The position numbers and the translations under genes were made by a program. The notes below the pieces were generated by a model. The model ran no database searches. It saw nothing but the letters and a program-made list of their open reading frames with translations, and was not told the DNA's origin. A stretch of 64,000 nt of DNA from Octopus bimaculoides (Eukaryota): NCBI RefSeq assembly GCF_001194135.2, contig NC_068983.1, positions 153,373,161 to 153,437,160 of the forward strand. Direction: 5' to 3'. Shown one piece after another: positions 25,708-38,735 of the stretch; positions within the stretch are counted from its first letter, which is position 1; each line of letters starts with the position of its first letter.

Positions 25708-25877
25708 TACGACGGGTGTATGAAAAGATTTGAGCCTTCAACGCCTTTGAGCCTCGAAGTCTTGTACCTTCATCAAAAGTCTTGTACTACCATCAGAAGT
25801 CTTGTACCTTCATCAGAAATCTTGTACCATGTTTTTTTTTTCTTTTGCGGCTCAAGACATTTCATACTCCCCTCGTA
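25708..25877. mobile_element. Mariner-type MITE (170 bp) with an internal 20-bp tandem repeat
   Basis: TIRs tacgacgggtgtatgaaaagatttgagcc and ggctcaagacatttcatactcccctcgta (TA-CGAGGG type). About 3.7 copies of gaagtcttgtaccttcatca lie at 25756-25829. Confidence 0.75.
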
Positions 25878-26748
25878 CAAAAAGTCATTCATTGTGTGTT
25901 CTTATGGAGAAAATTTCTCGCTGTAGACCAATAGTGTAAATATACCTAAATCAGCCCTCAGCGCCAGATATTCTGACTGAGATATGAAAGCATTTCAGAG
26001 AAATATCTTCATTGACGAAAATAAAATATCTGTTTTTCGGCGTTAAGAAGTTATGTTGACGATTAAATGATTTAAACTAAGGCACGTGTTGTTACCGATA
26101 AAGTTAGCGACTAGTCGAGGATGGTAGATAAATCTATAAATCTAGATATCTACGTATATTCAGCCACTGGAATCAGAATAGAGATGTCAACAGGAGAAAG
26201 TCACTGTTTATTGTTTATTACTGGATGTTAGCCTGCGATTGGTCGAGAAAGGACACGCAGTGTCACAGTTTGATGTTGGTATTCCAGCGACAACAATTAC
26301 TTATGTATGTGTGTATATATGTATACATATATATATATATATATATATATANNNNNNNNNNNNNNNNNNNNNNNNNNNNNNNNNNNNNNNNNNNNNNNNN
26401 NNNNNNNNNNNNNNNNNNNNNNNNNNNNNNNNNNNNNNNNNNNNNNNNNNNNNNNNNNNNNNNNNNNNNNNNNNNNNNNNNNNNNNNNNNNNNNNNNNNN
26501 NNNNNNNNNNNNNNNNNNNNNNNNNNNNNNNNNNNNNNNNNNNNNNNNNNNNNNNNNNNNNNNNNNNNNNNNNNNNNNNNNNNNNNNNNNNNNNNNNNNN
26601 NNNNNNNNNNNNNNNNNNNNNNNNNNNNNNNNNNNNNNNNNNNNNNNNNNNNNNNNNNNNNNNNNNNNNNNNNNNNNNNNNNNNNNNNNNNNNNNNNNNN
26701 NNNNNNNNNNNNNNNNNNNNNNNNNNNNNNNNNNNNNNNNNNNNNNNN

Positions 26749-26785
<37 letters not shown>

Positions 26786-27169
26786 CGTATATAACCTACT
26801 ACAAAATAGTGTCGTCGGCTACTTAACTGGCAACCCCACGAAGCTCGCTTGCTTGGTGAGGAGCGTGGCAGTTGGACACCCTGTAGGACGAAAAATAAGA
26901 AACGTCAAGGGGCGGATGAAGTCATGAGCATTCAACAGTCATTCAACAAATATGTATAAATATGTATAATACGTTGTTTTTTTTGTTTTCTATTAATGTA
27001 TGTAAGTATGTATGTGTGTATTTATGTATGTATGTATGCGTTGGACATCGGAATAATACTTAACCAGTTTATGGAGAGTTTGGATGTCTGTTTGGTGTCT
27101 AGTACATGATAGCCTACCTCATAGGCGGGTGGAAGCTCTTTAACCTTGGTTCATAATCAACCTAGGATA

Positions 27170-27420
27170 AGGTAATCTCCAAAAATAAAACCTGAATCCT
27201 TGGAAGTTCCCGATTTTTTTCAATTCTCATGTCATACTTCTTGGGCCAGTAGGTAAGTGTAGTGTAGTGCAAGCTACACCCACTGAAAATATTCATCTGC
27301 ACAGGTACTTTTCTACACCGAATTTTAGTAAAATCTTTGGATTGGTTGGCAGAAACCCCAAAATGCAGTTCCAAATTACTCTGAAATGTCTCAAGCAGAT
27401 TGAGTAAATGACAAAAAGGC
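27170..27420 (-). mobile_element. Possible CR1-like LINE 3' remnant
   Basis: Weak match: SKDFTKI...TTLTYWPKKYDMRIEK resembles the RFTK...TLxxRRxxxDMI tail of CR1. Confidence 0.3.
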
Positions 27421-27599
27421 TTGGGAACGTCAAGGGATCAAGTCTGGCTCAGTAAGTGTCCCAGTGTGTCACAAGTGAAGTCCAGTCGTCATCCTGCCAC
27501 TATGGTCAAACAATCTTCAAGAAGATGAATAAATAAACATCTTCTGAATTTTGGCTGTGGGTTTGTGAATACACTTCTAGAAATAAGAAGCATGTGAGC

Positions 27600-30500
27600 T
27601 TAAAAAAGATTCCCTTGACATAGTTGCTGTCTCTGAAACTTGTCCCTCTGGTGAGGGTCAACTAAGGGAAACTACTTATGGATATACTATCTTCTGGACA
27701 GGCCTACTTGAGAGTCGCTGTAGAGAAACTGGTGTTGGTTTTACTCTCAAGAATTCATTAGTATCCTCCATTGTAGAATTTCCAAATGGTATATCTGAAT
27801 GAACCATGACATGCCATATAATATTGATAAAATGTAGGTTTCTAACCACTGTCAGTTTTTATGCACCAAAAATGGTTAATTCTGATGAAACTGTAGGACA
27901 GTTTTATGATGATCTAGCACAATTATTGAGGAAAGTACAAGTTTCTGACAAGCTGGTAATATTGTGAGATTTCAACTCAAGAATTGAAAATCCCTACATT
28001 TCATGATCTGTTTTAGACCGACATGGGATTGGAAAATGAAATTAAAATGGAGTAGCTCTTTTGACATTTTGTGCTGAAAATAATCTGGTTATTACTAACA
28101 CTCTGCTTAAACAGAAAAATAAATATAAAACCAGCTAGATTCACCCACAATCTAAGGACTGGCATTTCATAGATTATATTTTGATCAGAAAGCGTGATAT
28201 GAAAGATGTTTCTAGTGTTTAGGCCATAAGAGGAGAAGAGAGCTTCACTGAACATCGTCTAGTACGTGGGTAAATGGTTTGGTCCTAAGGAATCCGAAAA
28301 CTTAAATGATGCAAACTTCAAATCACCAAGCAACTTGCAAGAAATCCACGATACTATAGAATGTATCAATCTTGATCCAAACAACTTCTCGGAAGATCTC
28401 ATACCAAAAGAATTACGGGCTGCAAGTTCTTCAGTGGAACTTATATCTCGAGGACTGGTTTTCGGACAATTCCCAAGATTTTTATGATGTACTTTTAGAA
28501 TAACAAATCTTAGGCAATGCAGTTCCTTCTCAATCCTTGAAAGCCAACTCAAACGAAGGTTACAGAAAACAAAACGGGAAAGTGCAGACTGCTCTAAGGA
28601 AAATTTAACAGGAATGGTGGAATGACAGAGAAAAATGGCGCAAGAAGCAGCTGATAGAAATGGTACCAAGAGTCTCTATTCTTAAGGAGGTGTATGGCTC
28701 CAAATCTTCTTCAATAGCTCCTGTGAGAACGGCAAATGAACATTTGCTTTCGACTGACACCGTTTCTATTCATGAGTGCTGGTAGAACATTTTTCTGTAC
28801 TTTAGAATAGACTATCATCCGTTGACATAAGAATGATAAAATAATCGAACACCTTCCAGTTAAAGTTGAGATGGAATTTGAACCAACTCGAAATGACATT
28901 TATATAGCTCTGAATATGCTAAATAACAAAAAGATCTCCGGGATTTGATGAAATCTGTGCAGAGGTCTTGAAATATGGGGGTGACAAAATATTTGAACTC
29001 TTGAATATATTAATTTGTGACTTTCGGAGAACTGAGTAAGTGCCCCAATCAGGATTGATGCTACTTTAGTCTCCTTGTATAAATAGGGCCCAAATGAACT
29101 GTGTTGTAATTTTTGCGGGATTTGTTTGTAGTTGGAAAGGTACTTGCCCACATTGTGTTAGAATGTTTAAATACCTTGATAGTTCCAAATATATTGTCTG
29201 GATCTCAATGTGTTTTTCGCTCCTCAGGTGGACAGTTGATTGTACCTTTCGTATCAGACAATTTCAGAAAAAGTGCATTAAACAGAATCTTGCGTTTTTG
29301 ATTCAAGCAGAGCATTCAGTACTCTTAATCGAAATGCTCTGCGGCTAATTCGATGGAACAGAAAAAATTGTGAACATGATCAAGGCTTTGCATCAAGTTA
29401 CGAAGGGTAGGGTCAATTTTGGTGGTAAACTTTGTGATTCTTTTGCCATGGAAAATGGAATAAAGCAAGGAGACCTTGATGCACCCGCCCCCCTCTTTGC
29501 AATATACATTGCTGTTGTGCTGTCACACGTTTTTTTCAAAACTCCTTGGAGAGTATTTACATAAAATTTTGAACAACAGAGAATGTTTTTAATATGACCA
29601 GACTGAAATTCAAAACAAAGCTGCTTACTTCACTCATTAGGGATTTTTTTTTTGTACGCTGACCATTGCGATCTAGTCTGTCACTCTGAAACGGTCTTGC
29701 AATTTTTTTGTATCGGCATTTGACACACCTTGTGGTGATTCTGTCTTGACCAGCAACTTGAAAAAACTGTTGTAGTGTTTCAACCTGCACGTGGTGTTGT
29801 TTCCCACTTCCTAAAGTGTTCGTTAAGGGTAAGCTACTTGATGTTGTTGACCTTTTCATTTACCTTGGAAGTTTTGTACAAAATGATGGAAATCTGGAAA
29901 CAGAAATATATCTGCGAATTCGAAGGACAGTACAAGTGTTTGGTGGTTTGGAGTCACGCGTTTGGAGCCAACAACATATAAATAACAACAGAAAATTCGA
30001 TCTGTACAAATCGTTTGTCTTACCTTTGTTAATGTATTCTTCTGAAATATGGACGTGTAATGAAAGACATTGCAAATTGTTAGAACAATTCCACCAAAAA
30101 TGCCTTCGCCGTATTTTAAACATTAAATGGAGCATTTTGTTACTCCAAACACAGATATCTTTTCGTCTGCAGGCATCACTTCAATTAAATCAATGATTCC
30201 GAAAAATCAAATTAGATGGTGTGGCCATATTATTCGAATGGCGTTTGACCACGCACCCCAAAATCTGTTTTATGTCGAGCTTGCGGAGGGGAAATGCAAT
30301 CGGTCTAAACCTAAAAAGAAGATTAAGGACGCATAAGGACTACCATGGAGTCACTTGGAACGAGTCGAAAGACCATAGAAACTCTTGCTTCGAATTGAGC
30401 TAGATGGCGAACAAAAGTATGGAGTGGACAAAAGCGTTTGAGGAGTCCAGGATAGTACATACCAGACTCAAGAAAGATTTAAATAAAAACGTTACGACAC

Positions 30501-30620
30501 AGAAGGTGAAACACAATGACCGCTTTGTGTAAACACTTTGTGACAGGTTATGCCTTTCTTTCGCTGGACTCAGATCTCATTTGCGGACATATGTAAAACT
30601 CACTATTCTGTTTATACATC
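27600..30620 (+). mobile_element. Near full-length but inactivated RTE-clade LINE (APE endonuclease plus RT)
   Basis: LDIVAVSET; YTIFWTG; IHPQSKDWHFIDYILIRKRD; KSPGFDEICAEVLKYGG; ENGIKQGDLDAP; YADHCDL; YLGSFV; LPLLMYSSEIWTC; LEQFHQKCLRRILNIKW; QIRWCGHIIRM. Many stops and frameshifts. Confidence 0.9.
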
Positions 30621-33600
30621 TGCGCACACCTTCCAATGCTCTGTTTGCCATGATGTGTGCAATTCTAACTAAGGTCACAATAGACATTTTAGATACACAA
30701 AGATGAGAAATTAATTGTGATGAGTATACGGTGTACGTACAAGAGGTGGTAGGACTCTGCATAAGGAGTAGACAACCATCATATATATATATATATATAT
30801 ATANNNNNNNNNNNNNNNNNNNNNNNNNNNNNNNNNNNNNNNNNNNNNNNNNNNNNNNNNNNNNNNNNNNNNNNNNNNNNNNNNNNNNNNNNNNNNNNNN
30901 NNNNNNNNNNNNNNNNNNNNNNNNNNNNNNNNNNNNNNNNNNNNNNNNNNNNNNNNNNNNNNNNNNNNNNNNNNNNNNNNNNNNNNNNNNNNNNNNNNNN
31001 NNNNNNNNNNNNNNNNNNNNNNNNNNNNNNNNNNNNNNNNNNNNNNNNNNNNNNNNNNNNNNNNNNNNNNNNNNNNNNNNNNNNNNNNNNNNNNNNNNNN
31101 NNNNNNNNNNNNNNNNNNNNNNNNNNNNNNNNNNNNNNNNNNNNNNNNNNNNNNNNNNNNNNNNNNNNNNNNNNNNNNNNNNNNNNNNNNNNNNNNNNNN
31201 NNNNNNNNNNNNNNNNNNNNNNNNNNNNNNNNNNNNNNNNNNNNNNNNNNNNNNNNNNNNNNNNNNNNNNNNNNNNNNNNNNNNNNNNNNNNNNNNNNNN
31301 NNNNNNNNNNNNNNNNNNNNNNNNNNNNNNNNNNNNNNNNNNNNNNNNNNNNNNNNNNNNNNNNNNNNNNNNNNNNNNNNNNNNNNNNNNNNNNNNNNNN
31401 NNNNNNNNNNNNNNNNNNNNNNNNNNNNNNNATATATATATATATATATATATAACCATACACACAGCTACATACATATAACATTCAGACACAGATAAAT
31501 ATCTATGCATGCGCATATGTATTAGGTATGGTGAGAGTGTATTATATGTTGCTATTTGTGGTTGCTCAGACAAAATATTGCATTGTATGTGATACACACA
31601 TTTATTTATTAGAGTAAGATTATAAGCTATTTTAATAATTCCAATCTGAGTAGTACAAAAATCAATAAAATATATATAAATAATATAAAACAATAATTAA
31701 CATCAAACAATTACAAGAATTGGAGGAAAATGAATTAAGAATAATAGTGTATGGAAATCATGTTCACGCAATGTCAGCATTTTTCTGATTAGAGAACAAA
31801 TAATAAAATTAGCAATAAAACCCTGATGAACATCAATATATTTTTGTTTTAATATTTGTAGTGATTTTACCAAAATATTCATAACGGGGAAATTTTATTA
31901 ATAACAGATTAATTTTCTATATTTATACGCTTATGAAGGCAATATATATTTTATTAAATTATTTCTTGAGTACAAATGTTTATATTTTGATTTCAAATCC
32001 AACTCGAATCGTACTGGAATTTTCACATTCCAAATTTGTTAAACTAAGCAGCACTTATAATCTTTAGCCTATAAAATCGATCATTTCCATACTTCGACAT
32101 ATTATTGCCTATCTCTGTTTTCATGTGTTCAATATATTTTCTTTAATTAACATGTGAACTTGGTCATTTTCCTACCTTGTAAATTTGTGTAAAGCTTGAA
32201 ATTTCTTTACATGCAGAAGGTGAAGGTATTCGATTAAAATATGTGCTAGTCGTTTTGTTTTTAATATACATAATATGCCCTCACTCCGGCATTTTGTCCT
32301 GCTTATTATGAAGATAATAGTTTCGATTAAGTTCTGGTTCTTTCGTTTTCTATCTCTGAGATACAAGAAATAGGTATGAGCGATGCACTGTTAGAGATGA
32401 CATCGCTGACTAGTCTACCTGCAAATGTCTTGATTTGTACCTGCATTAAAATGCTCTATAATGTGTAGAATTTTTCATATATTCATTGAAGTAATTTGGT
32501 TTGAAACTAGGAGTTGAAATTCCATTATTTGTATCAGCTCGAAGGAAAATGATATAATTGTTGATAATTTGTATTGTTTTGTTGGATTCGAAACTATATC
32601 ACTCAGTTGAAGGAGGTGATATTGAATTACATTCTAAGCTTATATTTTATATTAATTACTCAATTCACAGAAAGAATTGTTTGTAATATGTTTTCAGCAT
32701 CATTTAGTAGTCCAATTTTATGTGTCCGGTTGCGAGTTACGATTTCCTTTTCCTAATTACGAGCTGTTTAAAAGTACACTTTGAACGCAGCTAGCAGTGC
32801 GCAGCATTCTGTTGTTTGATGATGAGTTTTTATTTCCCATTTTTCTTTATGTTCATTATATTTTATATAACTTGCAGTGGGGCTGTGTTACTCATGCGTT
32901 ATTTCAAATCAAGTATTTTCTTTTCATATGAAGTTTCCATTAATGAAAAAAACATGAAATTATTTATAAAACAAACCATTTTACAATATATATATATATA
33001 TATATATATANNNNNNNNNNNNNNNNNNNNNNNNNNNNNNNNNNNNNNNNNNNNNNNNNNNNNNNNNNNNNNNNNNNNNNNNNNNNNNNNNNNNNNNNNN
33101 NNNNNNNNNNNNNNNNNNNNNNNNNNNNNNNNNNNNNNNNNNNNNNNNNNNNNNNNNNNNNNNNNNATATACATATATGTGTGTGTATATATATATATCA
33201 TAATAAGCAACAAGGATATCCAGAGGTAATGCAGTACGATCGTTTTATGCAACTCCATTTAATTGAACAATGTAATCATTACATCAATTTAAATTGCAGA
33301 GCAATCCTCAGCTGCACAAAGACAGAGAATTTAATTAAATTAGAACAGATAGACACATTTGTATAATTATACCTAAAATCTCCAATAAGTTAAGGAGATA
33401 GATAAAGAAAATGTTGCTTCAGCTACAACAAATAAGTTAATAAATAAAATGCCAAGAAAACTCTGCCTGTCACTGATTGTATTTGTTTTGTTTTTAGTTT
33501 TAATTTATAGACTAGTTATATATCTAAGGCTTGAGAAAATAAAGGGCATTCTCTGTTAGGGTTAGAAGTGAGAGAGGAGACAGAAATCATGGTTGATGTA

Positions 33601-34167
33601 GTCATAAAATCATGAGGCTTAGTAAAGCAAAACTTAAACCAAGATGCTGGCTGACAATCAAGGGGAGTCGCCCACCAGCAGACCATTGATAATGAAACAG
33701 GGGAAGCCTTATCATGTAGTGATATAGTTAAATGTTTTAAAACAATGTTGCTATATCGTATACAGATAAAGTTTATGGCTATTCAGAGGGTTATTAAAAA
33801 GAATATATTAACAAAAGGATAGAAATGTATGAATACTTTTGAGTATATACAAAACTTTTACCACAATAGAGGGGGGAAAAGAAAATTATTCAGAAATAGT
33901 TTAATATTTATACTTATATATTCACTACATATAAAAAGCTGCTTAGAATATCATTTTATTAATATATAATTAGAATGCTCTTTTACCTCAATACTCCTTT
34001 ATTAATACCAGTATATACCTATTAATCAATATTCATAGATATCACATGATGAGTTAGTATTTAAGTGTTCAATATATACACTTCAATATCTACACTTAAA
34101 CATGCACACTTCCCAGAGTTTGTTCGGTGGGTTGAAATGTGAATGTTATGGCAGTGACGTTTTATAT

Positions 34168-34385
34168 ATTGGTTTCAAATTTTGGCACAAGACCAGCAAT
34201 TTCGGGGAAGTGTGTAAGTCGATTAGATCGACCTCAGTGTTCAACTAGTACTTATATTATCGTCTCGGTAAGGATGAATGGCAAAGTCGACCTCGGTGGC
34301 ATTTGAACCACTGAACGTAAAGACGGACGAAATGTCGCTAAGTATTTTACCCTGCACGGTAAAGCCTTTACCAGTTTGCATCCTT
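34168..34385 (-). mobile_element. SINE family A copy
   Basis: ggtttcaaattttggcacaagaccagc...gtcgattagatcgacctcagt...ggcaaagtcgacctcgg...atttgaac. Confidence 0.85.
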
Positions 34386-34840
34386 AGAACGTTTTCTATA
34401 TTATACGTTATATACCTTCGTTTTCCACAAAGACGTGTTTTGTCATGTTTGGAATTATATTTCTTACCGTAATGCTGTTAGCTAATATAAACTGAATATA
34501 TGTTGATGTCTACTGACAGAAAAATTCTAATTATGTAATCGTTGTATGCCTAGACTTTGTTAGAATTTGATCGTAAATTGAATTTTGGCATTTTAAAAGC
34601 GTTCCATTCCACGGGAATACGTTTATATTCATATCAACATTTCATCTGCTATTCCTGTAATTATTAAAATATATCAAAATCTTTTAAAAAAACATATTTT
34701 GTTCTCATACAAGAATGCACTCGCCATTAAAAAAAACCTATTGTTTAGAGCTAAATACCTTTTTCTTACTTGAAAGTCCATCATGAGTTCAGCATCGATA
34801 TACTTGAAGTATAATCAGACGAGAATAATTACAGTGAGAC

Positions 34841-35008
34841 AGCAAGCTGGCAAAATCGTTAGCTTGTCGGAAACATGCTTCGCGATATTTCTTCCAGTTT
34901 TGTGTTTTGAATTCAAAATCCACTGCGATCGACTTTGAACTTCATAATTTCTTTCGCGATAAAAAATATGTACCAATAAAGCACTGATATTGATGTAATT
35001 GACTGGCC
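34841..35008 (+). mobile_element. SINE family A copy (degenerate, opposite orientation)
   Basis: agcaagctggcaaaatcgttagc...gaattcaaaatcc...gatcgactttg...gtaccaata...gatgtaattgactgg. Confidence 0.7.
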
Positions 35009-35768
35009 CTATAACTTAAACGCTTCAAGCATTGTGCTTATAGTAGAGAAAAAAACTACATCAGTTACTCATGTTGCAACCTGTAGAACTGTTAAATCCC
35101 CAGAAAAATTTGTTATGGGATATCTTCCAAATAATTACTTTCTGATTTCACAATCCGCTGAAACTAACTTTGTCTTTCTTCCTTGCGGGGAACGATGAAA
35201 TAAATACCAGCTGAGTAATAGGGTCAATGTTTTCCACTGACCCTTACCCTAAAACTGTTGTCTTTGTGCAAAAGTATGTAGCAGTATTAAAACACACTTA
35301 TTTTCCAATAAAACTCTTCATTGGAAATCAATGATATCTTTTGGAAATATACTAATAGTGGAAGGAACGTTAATCTGCTTCCAACAAAAAATATATATAT
35401 TTAAAACGGACTGTTAAAAAGAAAAGATGACAGTTAACATCACTCACATTGTCGCTAACTTATACATCCCTGATAACATAAGTTGTTTTGTTCACAATCA
35501 AATACAAAATATTTTAAAACATGTTCGTTGTAAATGTATATTTTTGAATTTTGCAAAAGCGATTAATTTTGATTTTTGTACTTAGAACCTTTTGACAATT
35601 TTGCATTATATGACAAGCTTTATGGAAAACTATATCTTAAACAAATAATATTACACTTTGTCTTGCTAACAATGCTTTGCGTATCGATTGTTACATCATA
35701 TGCGCAGAGATTATTTTCTGAAAGATATAAGATGATAAGTCAATGAGAAATATAAAATCATATATATG

Positions 35769-35824
<56 letters not shown>

Positions 35825-36024
35825 GAGGAGAGGGTGAAAGAGAGAGAAAGATACATACATTTACGAGGCCTCAAACACCACTAGATGCCTCAATGTTACT
35901 GTTGAAAATAACATAAGTTGGAGTACCCACATAAATAGCTCAGTCGACATAACCCACAGGGTGTGCTCCTAGATAGTGCTCCTACTACTATCCTTCTCTT
36001 CTCGACTTTCGCTTGTCTATATAT

Positions 36025-36250
36025 CGGATCAGCCAGCACATTTTTCAAACGACGCTTCTGCAAACACCAGTAATCAGAGTCCCAGAAAGATGTTTTGTCA
36101 CGTCACTGGCCAGCTATCTGTGGCACCTAAAAGATCAAGGAACCCCATATAATATCAGGTGAAAGATCGAACATCCATGTCAATATATTAATGGGGGCAG
36201 CTAATGCAATGTCTGCACCGCAGAGAAAATCAAAATTCTTAACGACTATG
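36025..36250 (+). mobile_element. PLE GIY-YIG C-terminal fragment (same type as 8165-9192)
   Basis: YIGSASTFFKRRF...LASYLWHLKDQGTPYNIR*KI...CNVCTAEKIKIL. Confidence 0.7.
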
Positions 36251-37281
36251 CTAAGCCTCACACGTTAAATTATCGTATAGAAGTTTACTTAAAATGTGTT
36301 TATTTCAAGCGTTACCTACTAGAAAATTATATCTCTACGTTTGCTGGTTAGGCTAATATAAGACTGTAGAGATTTTAATGCATTTAACTTTGTTTTAATA
36401 CGCATACTCACACACTCACGCACCCACCACACATATATGTATGGTGAGGGTGAACACAATGTGAATTGCTTTATAGACGATATCCAATATCGATTCAAAT
36501 ATAATATAATCTAAAACAGACAATACGTGAAAATCAAGTACCTAATTTTATATTGTAAGACTATATCTCATGATATATAATAGGATATAAATAAAATAAA
36601 CTATATTATGATATACGGTAGTATTGAAAACACCCATACAAAGTCGGAAGTGAAAAAAGAGGTTATCCCTAAAGCTAGTAGAGCTGAATACTATTATCAA
36701 TATAGCATACCGGATTATTTCGGGGCATCTTTATTTCAACATATCTGTTTCTATACAATTATTTACTGCCTACGTTTCTTATGAATCTCTCATCATATAT
36801 ACACCGAAATATAAATTTACAAAACAATAGAAAGTGTCTGGTTTTGTGGAAATACATGAGGGATTTTCTTTTCTGATAACGCATTCAAGCCTATTTGGGA
36901 GTGAATGTTGACAAAAATTTATTCTGCCACAATAATATTCAGCTTACAGCATTTAAATCAATTATTGAATAAAGAAGAATGAATGATATACCATGTATGG
37001 CAAATGTACCTTGCACCTTTGTGTTTACATTTACTATATTTTAACATAGCAACTTAGGGTCTTTTTTTAGAGAAACTAGTTCCTGTTTTCTAGCTGATCT
37101 TTAAGTCTCTAATGCTTTCGAAAAATATGCTTCTGGCTGTTGCGTCATTCATAAATAATGGGTTACGTACGTATGTGCGTATGTGGGTGTGTGTGTGAGT
37201 ATGTGGGTGGGTACATATGTATGTGTATATTTTAACAGACAAACATACATATGTGTATGCGCATGCAAAAAATATACAAAG

Positions 37282-37319
<38 letters not shown>

Positions 37320-37334
37320 CACACNNNNNNNNNN

Positions 37335-37374
<40 letters not shown>

Positions 37375-37994
37375 TGTATATATTTTACTAGACACACATA
37401 TTCATATATGGAGGATCAAACACATGTTTATGTTGAGTATGTGTATCAGCGTAAAGGATGAGGGCCCATATTATATTATTGATGGATTAATATAAAGATC
37501 AAAATCGCTGCTATTAAATTGTTTAACACCACATGAGAAATCGGGAACCGAATTTATAAAAAGCATAGGAGAGTGTCATGACTATCCACTCAGTTTTGAA
37601 AATTGGTGGTGATATATGACGTATACTTTTTTATTTCTACAAATTATATATCTAGACTGGCATAACAGAATATGTAGTTTACCGACCAAATTACGTACTG
37701 CTAATTAATACCTTTCACTCTTGTGTCAAAAATTAATTTTATTTGTTGTTTGCAAGTTAGAAAAATATCTATAAGTCAATATTACCTCAGTCTCATAGAC
37801 TAAATTCTAATGTTAGTATAATCGCCTGTATAGTAACCGCACACATAGTTGAAAAAAATGTTTTGTGATAAGATAAATCGTAATAATTATCAACATGCTG
37901 TTGCTTTGAGGAGATAGTAAATATTATACTATACCATTGGAATTTAGCTATATTCATGCACGCACATATTGACTCATATGCACATATTCATATT

Positions 37995-38057
37995 ATATGC
38001 ATTCAATATACTTATATATATATGCACAATATATGTATGTGTATGTATGTATACATG

Positions 38058-38147
<90 letters not shown>

Positions 38148-38151
38148 CATG

Positions 38152-38182
<31 letters not shown>

Positions 38183-38205
38183 ATGTATATATATATATAT
38201 ATATG
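37995..38205. repeat. (TA)n / (TG)n microsatellite block
   Basis: Long TA run at about 38065-38130 flanked by TATG and TG repeats. Confidence 0.95.
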
Positions 38206-38668
38206 TTTATCTTTGTATCTATATATACAATATAAATACTTACATATCGCTTCATATACACGCACGTACTTTTTCGCGAGCAGTTGCAGACCCAGGTACA
38301 CATATACACAGGTACACATATACACAGGCACACATTATCTCCATAGATGTGCACGTGCTTGTTTAACGACACATACTAGGTCATTGTTGTCCCCCTTGCC
38401 CTCCACACCTCAGGCCAACGTCTTCCTCTTCCGGTCATTTCAGCATGCGCTGACAGTCTACTTCAGGCACCTTTGCCGTTTTCATCTATTGTACTCTCCT
38501 TATCTATCCTTTCAGTAGGAGAGCGTATAATTGGAATGTTAAAGTTTTCTTCCAATTTACTGTGCGTCAAGCTAGCATTTCCTTTATGTTTTTATGTCGT
38601 CTTTCTCATGCATCTTTGTATGTATGTATATATGTATGCATGTATGTATGTATGTATGTATATATGTG

Positions 38669-38708
<40 letters not shown>

Positions 38709-38735
38709 TGTGTGTGTGTATAAGTGTGTGTATGT

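Noticed and set aside
25756-25829. 20-bp tandem repeat as a CRISPR array, or its minus-strand CTGATGAAGG as a hammerhead
   Set aside because: No spacers and a eukaryotic context; there is no GAAA partner or stem pairing for a ribozyme.
33640-33830. Possible host exon (short open frames such as MLADNQGESPTSRPL...)
   Set aside because: No recognisable domain, no convincing splice context and no partner exons.
37956-38518. ORFs of YI/HT/CV, poly-L, poly-K or poly-N repeats (also 2.1, 20.6, 47.1, 59.6 and 60.4 kb)
   Set aside because: Translations of microsatellites, not proteins.
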